From: Methanobacteriota archaeon
GTDB lineage: Archaea > Thermoplasmatota > Poseidoniia > Poseidoniales > Thalassarchaeaceae
Length of the DNA: 64,000 bases
Direction of reading: 5' to 3'
NCBI GenBank assembly: GCA_014240285.1
Contig: JAAZXI010000004.1
Span: 1,476-65,475, forward strand
In this document: positions 19,469-28,774 of the stretch, in pieces
Layout: each line of letters opens with the position of its first letter
Numbering within the stretch: the stretch's first letter is position 1
Notes under the pieces: generated by a model
Databases searched by the model: none
Told to the model about the DNA's origin: nothing
Seen by the model: only the letters and a program-made list of their open reading frames with translations
Translations under genes and position numbers: made by a program

Positions 19469-20908
19469 TCAGGGGAGATCCTCTGTAGGGCCATTCACTT
19501 CCAGCAGTGCCGCCGTCCAGTCATTCTGAAAGACGCCTTGCGGATCAAACGTATTACAGACGGAGCGGAAAGTATCGAACTGCGGATAGAGGGATGTTAT
19601 CTCGTCGGCCTCAAGTGGGCACACCTTCCCCCAGTGCGGGCGCGCAAGGAACAGTTTTGACATGCTTCGGGCCATGAAGCTCGCGAACAGGAGGAAACTA
19701 GCATACCGAGCCGGCTTCGCGTAGCTGATGAAACTCAGCGCGTACCAGTCCTCACCCGCGCCGCTGGCCATCGAGATCAAGGTGTCATCTGGAAGCACCC
19801 GCCTCACGCAGATGGGAAAGTGGTGGCAATACTGGTCGTGAAGTCCGGCCAGTTCCTCCTGCATACCGAGCCCCTCAATCTGTCTCTGGTTGTCTGCAGA
19901 CAACACTGACTTCCTCCCGCCAGCGACCTCGATGGTTTCTTTGGCGAACCCAAGCGCATCCGCCAACTGATCTCGGCGCACGAACAATTCGATCTCGATG
20001 TGGCGGAAGGCATCGTGCTTCATCACCAGCATGGACGAGGAGCGGTCTGTGACCTTCCAGTTGCGAATCAAGAAGGTCGGGATGATACGTCGAAAGGCGA
20101 GCCTGATCAAGCGCCGGCTGCGCATGACGCGTTCCATGAAAAGAATCTGCAGGATCAAGCCGTAATCCATTGCTCCCATCCAATAGAGACGGTACAACCT
20201 AGCGAGACAGGAACGCGGTCGGTCATCCTCTCTCCGGTGCTGGATGAAGTAAGACCAACGCCAGGGCAAGAGGTAGAACTGCTGGAGCGGGAATGACGCT
20301 TCAGCGTCCAGAACGTCCGACAGCTGACGGGACTCGGTGAAATGCTCCTGAACATTGTACTGTTCGCGGCAGCGAATCTTCACAGCTAGGATGATTCCGA
20401 GCGATCCCAATGAGCAGCGGGCTGCCTGCAAAGATTCTCCGGCGTTCAGCTCCTCGATGGTCGCCTGACCACTGGAATCGTCATAGCGCGCCAGTCGCAC
20501 TCCCACTACATAGTGCGACATACTGTTGCGTCCCGAACCGTGAGTGCCGGTGGAAATCGCTCCGGCGATTGTCTGGGCCGTAATCAGCCCTAGCGAATGC
20601 AGGGTTGCTCCTTCGCGATTAAGCTCTTTGAGGAGGCGTTTAATCTGGCATCCGGCACCAACTGTTGCGACCAACTGGTCTCCATCGGACTGGAGCTGGA
20701 CATCGTTCAACCGACGCAGGTCCAGCAGCACGTCGTCACTGAGGACCGCTTCGCTCCAGCTATGTAATCTGCCGACGGCGCGAATGCGCTGGCCGTTGTG
20801 TCTGTCGAGAATCTGAAGGACTTCCTGCTCATCAGATGGAGTGTAGGCTGCCGACGGCCGAAGCACTTGGTTGCGGCCGAAATTCTTGCGTTGGACGCTC
20901 TGAACCAC
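19469..20908 (-). CDS. FAD-linked oxidase, D-arabinono-/L-gulono-1,4-lactone oxidase (ALO/GULO) family
   Basis: RAVGRLHSW (covalent-FAD His), QTIAGAISTGTHGSG, SLGSLGII, C-terminal RPHWGK and DPQGVF.N. Confidence 0.87.
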   Translation of the reverse strand: MVQSVQRKNFGRNQVLRPSAAYTPSDEQEVLQILDRHNGQRIRAVGRLHSWSEAVLSDDVLLDLRRLNDVQLQSDGDQLVATVGAGCQIKRLLKELNREGATLHSLGLITAQTIAGAISTGTHGSGRNSMSHYVVGVRLARYDDSSGQATIEELNAGESLQAARCSLGSLGIILAVKIRCREQYNVQEHFTESRQLSDVLDAEASFPLQQFYLLPWRWSYFIQHRREDDRPRSCLARLYRLYWMGAMDYGLILQILFMERVMRSRRLIRLAFRRIIPTFLIRNWKVTDRSSSMLVMKHDAFRHIEIELFVRRDQLADALGFAKETIEVAGGRKSVLSADNQRQIEGLGMQEELAGLHDQYCHHFPICVRRVLPDDTLISMASGAGEDWYALSFISYAKPARYASFLLFASFMARSMSKLFLARPHWGKVCPLEADEITSLYPQFDTFRSVCNTFDPQGVFQNDWTAALLEVNGPTEDLP

Positions 20909-20946
20909 GCGTCTGCGAAAGATGGTCTGGTATAGAAATCCCCGAC

Positions 20947-21468
20947 TTACCCATAAAGGTGCGAGAATCTGGCACGTACCTTCGCCAACTTAGGAGACAC
21001 CACTATCTGACAGTACGGATTATTGGGATTGTTAGAATAATAGTTGACGTGATAGTTCTCAGCCAACCAGAACCTCTCCAGCGGCACCACCTCGGTCACG
21101 ATGGGATCGGCGTAGTCGTCCGATATCTCCTCGATAACTGCTAATGCCTCCTCGCGTTGTTCTTGATTGGAGTGGAGTATGATGCTCCTGTATTGGGGGC
21201 CCACATCATTGCCCTGCCTGTTGAGTTGAGTGCTATCATGGATGCAGAAGAACACATCGAATAATTGCCTGCGGGAGATTACCTCGGGGTCGAATGAGAC
21301 CTGGACGACCTCGGCATGGCCGGTGCGCTTACCACAGACCTGTTCATAGGTCGGATTGTCGATGTGCCCTCCTGAATATCCCGGGATCACCTCGCTCACG
21401 CCACGTAGCCCCTTCAGCGCTCCTTCGACACACCAGAAGCAACCGCCGCCGAGGACTATGCTCTCCAT
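20947..21468 (-). CDS. msrA: peptide-methionine (S)-S-oxide reductase
   Basis: GGGCFWCVE, GYSGG, TGHAEVV, QGNDVGPQYRS, AENYH. Confidence 0.96.
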   Translation of the reverse strand: MESIVLGGGCFWCVEGALKGLRGVSEVIPGYSGGHIDNPTYEQVCGKRTGHAEVVQVSFDPEVISRRQLFDVFFCIHDSTQLNRQGNDVGPQYRSIILHSNQEQREEALAVIEEISDDYADPIVTEVVPLERFWLAENYHVNYYSNNPNNPYCQIVVSPKLAKVRARFSHLYG

Positions 21469-21472
21469 CGCA

Positions 21473-22936
21473 TCACCTGCGGTAGTTGGGCGCCTCGCGG
21501 GTAATCTCGACATCGTGGACGTGGCTCTCAGAGAGTCCTGCGTTGGTGATACGTACGAAGTTGCAGTTGGTCTTCATCTCGGCTATGCTACCATTGCCAG
21601 TGTAACCCATCGAGGAGCGCAGGCCGCCTATCATCTGGTAGAGCACATTGTCCACAGGACCTCTTGCGGGCACTCGACCCTCGATTCCCTCTGGAACGTA
21701 CTTCTGAGTATCACCTTGCTCTGACTGAAAGTATCTCTCGTGAGCTCCCTGACTCATCGCCGAGACAGAGCCCATGCCACGGTACACCTTGTATGACCTG
21801 CCTTGGTACAAAATGGTCTCACCTGGAGACTCATCAGTCCCTGCTAGCATTGAACCAGCCATCACCGAATCGGCTCCTGCAGCTATCGCCTTGGCGATGT
21901 CTCCACTATACTTGATGCCACCATCAGCGACCACTGGGATATCGTTACCGATGCATGTCTCGACCACTCCCAGTACAGCAGTGAGCTGTGGAACCCCTAC
22001 TCCGGAGACTATCCTAGTAGTGCAGATGGATCCCGGACCGATTCCGACCTTCACTGCGTCCGCTCCGGCATCGATCAGCATCTCTGCTGCTGCCCCAGTG
22101 GCGATGTTTCCGGCGATGATTTGTGCGCTGTCTGCAGCTTGACTGCGAATCTCCCTGACAGTGTCGATGACTCCATGAGAGTGGCCGTGAGCGGTATCCA
22201 CCACCACGGCGTCAGCCCCCGCCTCGTACAGTGCTAGAGCGCGCTCGATCCCTTTGTCTCCAGTTCCAGTAGCTGCTGCTACCCTCAGACGACCCTGCGA
22301 GTCCTTGCACGATTTTGGATTGTCCCGGCTTTGCTGGATGTCGCGCACCGTCATCATGCCAGCACAGCCGCCGTCGTCATCGACCACAATGAGCTTCTCG
22401 ATGCGGTGCTGATGGAGGAGCTTCTTAGCGACCTCCGGGTCGACATGCTCGGGCACTGTGACGACATCGGTGGTCATCATGGTCGAGACCTTTACCGAGT
22501 CGTCGGAGACGAACCTGATGTCGCGGTTTGTGATGATGCCAACCAGCGACCCTGAGTCGTCTACGACAGGGAACCCAGAGAAACCGTGCTGCGACTTAAT
22601 CGCCCTCAGTTCCCCGATGGTGTTGTTGGGTGAAATGGTCACGGGGTCGAGGACTAATCCAGACTCGAAGCGCTTGACCCGATAGACCTCCGCGGCCTGA
22701 GACTCCACGCTCATGTTGCGGTGGATAACACCGATTCCGCCAGCTTGAGCCATGGCGATGGCCATGTTGTTCTCGGTCACGGTGTCCATCGCCGCTGAGA
22801 TGAGCGGGATGTTCAGGGGAATTGAATTTGTCAGACGGGTAGTGGTGTCTACCTCGGCCGGGAGGACCGCCGATTCAGCGGGCATCAGAAGGACGTCATC
22901 GAAGGTCAGAGCCTCGGGCATACCGTCTTGTGCCAT
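21473..22936 (-). CDS. guaB: IMP dehydrogenase
   Basis: [20 protein letters not shown] pair, [29 protein letters not shown]. Confidence 0.98.
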   Translation of the reverse strand: MAQDGMPEALTFDDVLLMPAESAVLPAEVDTTTRLTNSIPLNIPLISAAMDTVTENNMAIAMAQAGGIGVIHRNMSVESQAAEVYRVKRFESGLVLDPVTISPNNTIGELRAIKSQHGFSGFPVVDDSGSLVGIITNRDIRFVSDDSVKVSTMMTTDVVTVPEHVDPEVAKKLLHQHRIEKLIVVDDDGGCAGMMTVRDIQQSRDNPKSCKDSQGRLRVAAATGTGDKGIERALALYEAGADAVVVDTAHGHSHGVIDTVREIRSQAADSAQIIAGNIATGAAAEMLIDAGADAVKVGIGPGSICTTRIVSGVGVPQLTAVLGVVETCIGNDIPVVADGGIKYSGDIAKAIAAGADSVMAGSMLAGTDESPGETILYQGRSYKVYRGMGSVSAMSQGAHERYFQSEQGDTQKYVPEGIEGRVPARGPVDNVLYQMIGGLRSSMGYTGNGSIAEMKTNCNFVRITNAGLSESHVHDVEITREAPNYRR

Positions 22937-23129
22937 TAGGTACGGCCTAAGGAGGCGATACTTGAACGATTCTATCCTAGCGGTAGAATGTGGTCTCCAA
23001 GACGCTAAAAGAGTTCGAAATGTTGTGGAATATTGGCTCGACTTTGGTGACCTCGTATGAGTTAAATTCCACAGTTAAACAACGGCTTCAAATATCATTG
23101 TTGGCCGGCCGCGGCACGAGGAGAGAGTA

Positions 23130-23573
23130 ATGTACGAGCTTGCTATGATTGGCTGGCGCGAGTGGGTTGGGATACCCGAACTCGAAGACGGGGCTTTACT
23201 GGCCAAGATGGACACTGGAGCGTGGTCGAATACGCTACATGCCAGCGACATTGAGATCATAGAGTCAGACATCGAGAGTCGCGTCCGATTCCGCCTTGAA
23301 GAGTACGGCGAGTGGATTGAGAGGCCAGTCCACGACTGGAGGCGCGTTCGCGACACCGGAGGTCACGAGACCATGCGTCCCGTGATTCGGACATCGCTGC
23401 AGATAGCCGGAATAGACTTCGACATCGAAGTCTGCCTGAAGGACCGTTCACTGATGCGGCACAGGTTCATCCTCGGACGTCGCTTCCTGCGCCAGCACTT
23501 CTGCGTCCACCCTGGTAGGCAGTGCATCCATCCAAACGAGCGTACGCTACCTAGGATTGTACTGGAATATTGA
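23130..23573 (+). CDS. RimK-associated retropepsin-like protease ('ATP-dependent Zn protease' family)
   Basis: IGWREWV, AKMDTGA..LHA, RP.I, DRS.MR...ILGRRFL; SD-like GAGGAG upstream. Confidence 0.85.
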   Translation: MYELAMIGWREWVGIPELEDGALLAKMDTGAWSNTLHASDIEIIESDIESRVRFRLEEYGEWIERPVHDWRRVRDTGGHETMRPVIRTSLQIAGIDFDIEVCLKDRSLMRHRFILGRRFLRQHFCVHPGRQCIHPNERTLPRIVLEY

Positions 23574-23613
23574 TTTCACCAGTCCTCAAATGCTCCCTCT
23601 TCCACGGCCCCCC

Positions 23614-24273
23614 ATGGCCATGGCAGGAGCAGAAGCACCCTATGACTCCGGCGAGCCGTCGCCGTGGTGGCTGAAAGGACTGGCCATCTTCATGGCACTG
23701 GTGGTGGTGTTCATGCTATTCAATACCGCAATGGGCATTCTTTCTCCAATGCTGGTCGATAGTTTCATGCCTGAGGATTTCGAGGATATCGAACCCTATC
23801 CGGAGGATGGTACGGAGGAGGAGAAGGCGGAATGGGACAGGTCGAATGCGGAATGGGATGCGATGGTGGAATACATGGACGACATGATGGGGGTGTTGGA
23901 GTTCTCAGCCGTACACAGCGGCTTGCTTGCCCTCATAGGACTGTTCTGCATTCCAGTGCTGTGGAGGGGTGACCGAGATCTTGGAGTCAAACTGGTAGGG
24001 GCGTGGATAGGGGTCAACTTCCTAGGGGGCATGGGCATGATGTGGATGATGTCGAGGGTTGGTTTCATGCCCGACTTTGATTATGGTCCTGAGACGGAGG
24101 CGGTGGATTTTGAGTTCATAGAAACGCTCAGCGTGGTTAGTGGATATGCTCAGATAATTCTCTGCAACGTTTGTTTCCTAGGAATCCTAGCTCTGGCGGC
24201 GAGTAAGTCAAAGCCTGCGACCTCCTTTGACATACCCTCTGGATTCCGTCCTGATGAGCCGCCCCAATATTGA
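23614..24273 (+). CDS. hypothetical membrane protein
   Basis: Four TM segments with an acidic loop; start approximate. Confidence 0.72.
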   Translation: MAMAGAEAPYDSGEPSPWWLKGLAIFMALVVVFMLFNTAMGILSPMLVDSFMPEDFEDIEPYPEDGTEEEKAEWDRSNAEWDAMVEYMDDMMGVLEFSAVHSGLLALIGLFCIPVLWRGDRDLGVKLVGAWIGVNFLGGMGMMWMMSRVGFMPDFDYGPETEAVDFEFIETLSVVSGYAQIILCNVCFLGILALAASKSKPATSFDIPSGFRPDEPPQY

Positions 24274-24298
24274 ATATCTTCCACTTTGCGGTAGGAAC

Positions 24299-24634
24299 AT
24301 GGAACAGATGGTCCAAGGCATACTAGTGGTGAACACGGAAACAATACCGGGCATGATGATTACCGAAACTCTCGGGGTTGTCAGCGGCTCGACAGTGAGG
24401 GCCAAGCATCTAGGAAAGGATATTTTTGCAGGCCTCAAGAACATAGTTGGAGGGGAACTGTCACAGTATACGGAGCTTCTTCAGGAGTCCCGTGAGGAAG
24501 CTGTCGGAAGAATGGTCGCAGATGCGATGTCGCGAGGAGCCAATGCGGTTGTGAATGTCAGATTCGCTACTTCGGCAATCACTGCAGGTGCTGCAGAACT
24601 GTTTGCCTACGGTACAGCGGTTAAGGCCGAGTAA
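24299..24634 (+). CDS. YbjQ/UPF0145 family protein
   Basis: LGVVSGSTV, DIFAGLKNIVGGEL..YT, SREEA..RM, GANAVVNVRF, AYGTAV. Confidence 0.93.
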   Translation: MEQMVQGILVVNTETIPGMMITETLGVVSGSTVRAKHLGKDIFAGLKNIVGGELSQYTELLQESREEAVGRMVADAMSRGANAVVNVRFATSAITAGAAELFAYGTAVKAE

Positions 24635-24648
24635 TCGGGGGTTTTTCG

Positions 24649-25188
24649 ATGGTAGATGTAGGTGGCTTGCTGGTACTAGGAATAATCTTAGTAATACTCC
24701 TTCCCTTCTTACTTCTTGCTTTAATCGGAATGTTGTGGACGGTAGCCTATCCACTGATGCTCTGTTGGGCTGTCCTCTTCAGCGGCAAGAAACTGGATCA
24801 GCAGATTGCCAGCACAGCGTCGAGAGAAGCCTCGCTAAGAGAGTCACTCGGTCGCGACCCCCTCACGACCATTGACGGCGGATACCGCACCGACATCACC
24901 TCTTGCGGTGTGGTTTGGTCCGGAGTAGTCTTCGGACCCAGTCACTGGCACCTCCTAATAGGCTGGATTAACAATCTGACAGGGGGTTCGGTTGACATAT
25001 TCCAGAAGGTAGTGTCTGCAGGAAGGGCTGAGGCTATGCAGCGGTTGCGAGAGAAGGCTCTTGCTGAGGGATATGAAGATGTGATAAATGTCCGAATAGA
25101 TACCTCTGATATGACTCCTCAAGGAGCGCGGAAGAGCATCAAGGCAGTAGAGATCTTCGCTTACGGAACTGGTGTGAAGTACACCTAG
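24649..25188 (+). CDS. membrane-anchored YbjQ/UPF0145-like protein
   Basis: N-terminal TM, then GRAEAMQRLREKA..VINVRID..EIFAYGTGV. Confidence 0.85.
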   Translation: MVDVGGLLVLGIILVILLPFLLLALIGMLWTVAYPLMLCWAVLFSGKKLDQQIASTASREASLRESLGRDPLTTIDGGYRTDITSCGVVWSGVVFGPSHWHLLIGWINNLTGGSVDIFQKVVSAGRAEAMQRLREKALAEGYEDVINVRIDTSDMTPQGARKSIKAVEIFAYGTGVKYT

Positions 25189-26669
25189 GACTCGTTGTAG
25201 ATTGGTGTCTCGTCTAGATGCATGGCGAGATTGAACAGCCACCACGATATCAGGTCGAATGATTCCACGAGATTCTGGACACCGGTTCCGTTGTCAGTCA
25301 CCATCATGTCGACCATTGTATCGAGAGTGTCGCACGGTCCGTGGTAGCAATCCGAGCCGCCAGTGAGCGAGCCGAAATCCATCGAGACCACCCCGAGCTG
25401 GTCTGCTATCCTCTCGTAGTCGCTCCTCCCTCTCTGCGACTCGTGCACCGATATCGAGAGTCTCTTCTGGTCGCTGGAGTCAACGTCCTTCATCGAGGCG
25501 TAACCCTCGGTGTTGTAGATCTCCCTTCCTAGGCGCAGCGCCTCAGTGATGTCGTTGTTGTTCGAACCAACCCACTCAGCGAGTCTAACCATAGGCCACT
25601 GCTCGTTGATCTGATTGTCCGTCTCGGGAATGATGTCGACTACTAGGGTGTAATAACCCGGCCAGTTAGTCCCGACTGCATCCGCATTGAGGTAGTTTGA
25701 CAGGGTGACTCCTGACGGGATGTTCTCTATCCATCTGTCAACTCCATCGTAGCCGTTCTCCTCGTTAGACCAGAAGCAGACGGCGATGGTTCTGCGGTGA
25801 TCGAACTGCGCGAGACCCCGGGCTGCCTCTAGCACCAGAGCCACACCAGCGCCGTTGTCGTGCGCTCCGATGTGGGTTCCTCCTCCGGGTGGGCTTCCCG
25901 CCTCGGCGATGTCGAGATGGGCTCCCAGAACCAGCCATTCGTCGGGGAATGTTGTCCCCTCCTTGTAGCCGCAGACATTGACCGCGTAGGAAAAATCAGA
26001 AATCCAGTAACGGTGAATCTGCGTGTCGTAGCCCATCACCTGCAGTTCGCTCTGCATGAAATTGGCAGCCCTCATGTACACCGGATCGTGCAGGGTGAAA
26101 GGTCCCCATCGATCGTTGTAGCCAGAATCAGGATCAGCGAACAACTCTAACCACTCGAAGACGTTGAGGCCGTCGATTATACCGGTGCTGTGCAGTGCTC
26201 CGTCTTCCACTGTATACGCTGAGTCGTTCTCCCTTGCTACAGGGTGCTCGATGTAGGCGTATGGTGACTGCTCGAACTCGCTCGAGGAGAACCATTCCGT
26301 CCAACTCTGGTTGGTCGCTCGCAGCGACCAGGTGTCCCTACCCAATTCTCCCAGTAGGAAGTGAGTTGAATTGAGATTTGATGGCGCCAGCAGCTCTACG
26401 CTTGTCGAGCCGGCACCTTTGAAGTCCAGCGTGGTCCCATTGACGACATATCCAGACTCCTCATCCATGACGAGGTATGGGACATATACGCTCATCGGGC
26501 TTGATGCAGTGACCTCTACAGTCTGGAACTGCGCACCTATGAGCACCTCAGGAGAAATTGTCAGGTCGTCGGTCGAAATCAACTCGGCATCCCTTCCTGG
26601 GGAGAAGCATCCAGTTAGGCTGGTAGCAATAATGACGAGCGCGAGGCATGCGGCACGGGCCCGGGTCAT
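25185..26669 (-). CDS. M28 family zinc peptidase, probable lipoprotein
   Basis: Lipobox-like SLTGC; LGAHLD, GAHDNGAG, SNEENG, NAD, RSDY, YHGPCD. Confidence 0.87.
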   Translation of the reverse strand: MTRARAACLALVIIATSLTGCFSPGRDAELISTDDLTISPEVLIGAQFQTVEVTASSPMSVYVPYLVMDEESGYVVNGTTLDFKGAGSTSVELLAPSNLNSTHFLLGELGRDTWSLRATNQSWTEWFSSSEFEQSPYAYIEHPVARENDSAYTVEDGALHSTGIIDGLNVFEWLELFADPDSGYNDRWGPFTLHDPVYMRAANFMQSELQVMGYDTQIHRYWISDFSYAVNVCGYKEGTTFPDEWLVLGAHLDIAEAGSPPGGGTHIGAHDNGAGVALVLEAARGLAQFDHRRTIAVCFWSNEENGYDGVDRWIENIPSGVTLSNYLNADAVGTNWPGYYTLVVDIIPETDNQINEQWPMVRLAEWVGSNNNDITEALRLGREIYNTEGYASMKDVDSSDQKRLSISVHESQRGRSDYERIADQLGVVSMDFGSLTGGSDCYHGPCDTLDTMVDMMVTDNGTGVQNLVESFDLISWWLFNLAMHLDETPIYNES

Positions 26670-26767
26670 CGATGTGGATTGGTGCTGGATGTATATCAGT
26701 TCAGCCGAACAAGGCAGTTTCAAGACTGAGTGGCCCCACGCATGTTCCCTGACTCGGAGGTAAGTGT

Positions 26768-27784
26768 ATGCAGAATCCGATTACGCGCATTGAGCCAAAG
26801 ATAGCTGCGCGTCTTTCGAAGCAGAAGTACCAACTCGTCGGCGAGCACGGTGGCGTCAAGGTCTGCCACTGGACCAAGCAGAGCCTGATCAACGACCGTT
26901 CGTGCTACAAGGGCACCTTCTACGGCATCGAGAGCCATGGCTGCATGCAGATGGCCCCCAATGTGGACACTTGCAACCTCGCCTGCACATACTGCTGGAG
27001 AGAGCCGCATTCAGACACATTGCACAAGATTGACGACGACCCGTACGAGTTGTTCCTAGAATCGGTCCGTGGCCACCGTCGTCTCATCACTGGATACGGA
27101 GGCAACCCGAAGGCTGATCCGGAGAAGTTTCGCGAGGCGCAGAACCCGAAGCACGTTGCCATCTCACTCAACGGCGAGCCCACGCTATACTCTCGCCTAG
27201 GTGAGTTCCTCGACATCTGTCACCAGCACGGAGTCTCCACCTTCCTCGTGACCAACGGCAGTCTGCCCAAGGTCATCGAGAAGCTCGACCCGTTACCCAC
27301 ACAGCTCTACGTCAGTGTGGATGCTCCCAACAAGGAAATCTTCGACAGGCTTTGCAAGCCCAAGTTCGACCAAGCAGCATTTCACAAACTCGAGCAGACC
27401 CTCGAACTGCTGCCCAGTCTCGACACCCGAACAGTGTGCCGTCATACGCTCATCAAGGGCGAATCGCTAGGTCACCACGAGGACTATGCGCGCCTTGACA
27501 ACATCGCCGATCCGGATTTCATCGAGGCAAAGGGATACGTGTATGTCGGCAACAGCCGCAACAACCTAGCCATCGAGAATATGCCCAGTCACGACGATGT
27601 GATGGGTTTCTCCCACCGCCTAGCGCCGCTTGTCGGGCGCGAGGTTCTCTCTGACCGCAGTGAGAGTCGTGTTGCTCTGATTGGCAGGGAGATGGTTCCA
27701 ATTACCCTACCAGAGAAGGTGCGCGAGCTACCCAAAGATCTCGGAATCGCCAAGCCACAGCGGTATATGTTGCCTCAAGCCTGA
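26768..27784 (+). CDS. taw1: 4-demethylwyosine synthase (radical SAM, TYW1/Taw1)
   Basis: VKVCHWTK, CYK..FYGIESH.C.QM, CNLACTYCWR, AISLNGEPTLY, EAKGY.YVG.SR. Confidence 0.95.
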   Translation: MQNPITRIEPKIAARLSKQKYQLVGEHGGVKVCHWTKQSLINDRSCYKGTFYGIESHGCMQMAPNVDTCNLACTYCWREPHSDTLHKIDDDPYELFLESVRGHRRLITGYGGNPKADPEKFREAQNPKHVAISLNGEPTLYSRLGEFLDICHQHGVSTFLVTNGSLPKVIEKLDPLPTQLYVSVDAPNKEIFDRLCKPKFDQAAFHKLEQTLELLPSLDTRTVCRHTLIKGESLGHHEDYARLDNIADPDFIEAKGYVYVGNSRNNLAIENMPSHDDVMGFSHRLAPLVGREVLSDRSESRVALIGREMVPITLPEKVRELPKDLGIAKPQRYMLPQA

Positions 27785-28773
27785 ACCATCGGCCTGCTTG
27801 AGCCGCAATCTGGGCAGCGTTGCTCCTCACTGTCGCCATAAACGTGGAAGCATGCCGGACAATTTTCTGCCAGAGTTAATTTTGCCTTTCCTTCTACATC
27901 TAAGCGCTCTGAGTCAACACGCTCCAGATTCAGAGAGTCGCGCTCGATGTCCGGAAGTTCGAATCGTCCGGGTCCGCCGATCTTCACCAGCACGTCCGGG
28001 GGTAGTGTGACCGTACCGGTATCGTCAATGATGAGTTCGCGGCTACCCGAGAGGTCAGCGATGTTCACATCAGTCCCATGTTGAGCGACGAAGCGTCCGT
28101 CCCTGAGTTCGAGTGAGCGCTCACAGAAGGCGGCGACCTCCCTGTTGTGAGTAACTAGGAAGAAGGCGACATCTTCCTCCTTGTGCAGGGTTTCGAACAA
28201 CTCCAAAACCTCCCTGCTGGTTATTGGGTCGAGTGCGCCGGTGGGCTCGTCAGCTAGAATCAGTTTGGGATTAGTAATCAGAGCACGGGCGATGGCCACT
28301 CGCTGCTGCTCACCGCCGGATAGTTCCTCGGGCATCCCCCGAGAACGCTCACCCATGCCCAAGCGATCCAGCAGTTGTTGCGCTTTGGCCCTAGCAGGGC
28401 CCGGTGGAATACCTTGGTGACGGAGGGGCTGGGCGACATTGTCAATGGCATTCAAGTGAGGTAGCAAGTTGGAGTCCTGGAAGATGAAAGAAACGGTCTT
28501 CTGGCGAAGTTCCACGAGTTGAGTCCCGGTCAGTCTAGTCATCCTACTTCCTGCCAACTCCACTCCTCCAGCTGAGGGTTTCATCAGGCCGCCGAGGCAC
28601 TTCAGCAAGGTCGACTTGCCTGATCCTGAAGGACCTATTACTGCTACTGCTTCGCCCTCATACAAAGTAACGTGCAGGCCGCGTAGTGCGACGACATTTC
28701 CATCCTCGGCCTTCGATTCGTAGACGTGATAGAGTCCATCGGCCTTGAGTATCTGCTTGCGTCCGTTCTGCAT
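27775..28773 (-). CDS. ABC ATP-binding protein (LolD/MacB type) with C-terminal AbrB-like and Zn-ribbon extension
   Basis: [27 protein letters not shown]; tail contains [11 protein letters not shown] and CPAC..CPDC. Confidence 0.9.
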   Translation of the reverse strand: MQNGRKQILKADGLYHVYESKAEDGNVVALRGLHVTLYEGEAVAVIGPSGSGKSTLLKCLGGLMKPSAGGVELAGSRMTRLTGTQLVELRQKTVSFIFQDSNLLPHLNAIDNVAQPLRHQGIPPGPARAKAQQLLDRLGMGERSRGMPEELSGGEQQRVAIARALITNPKLILADEPTGALDPITSREVLELFETLHKEEDVAFFLVTHNREVAAFCERSLELRDGRFVAQHGTDVNIADLSGSRELIIDDTGTVTLPPDVLVKIGGPGRFELPDIERDSLNLERVDSERLDVEGKAKLTLAENCPACFHVYGDSEEQRCPDCGSSRPMVQA

Positions 28774-28774
28774 T

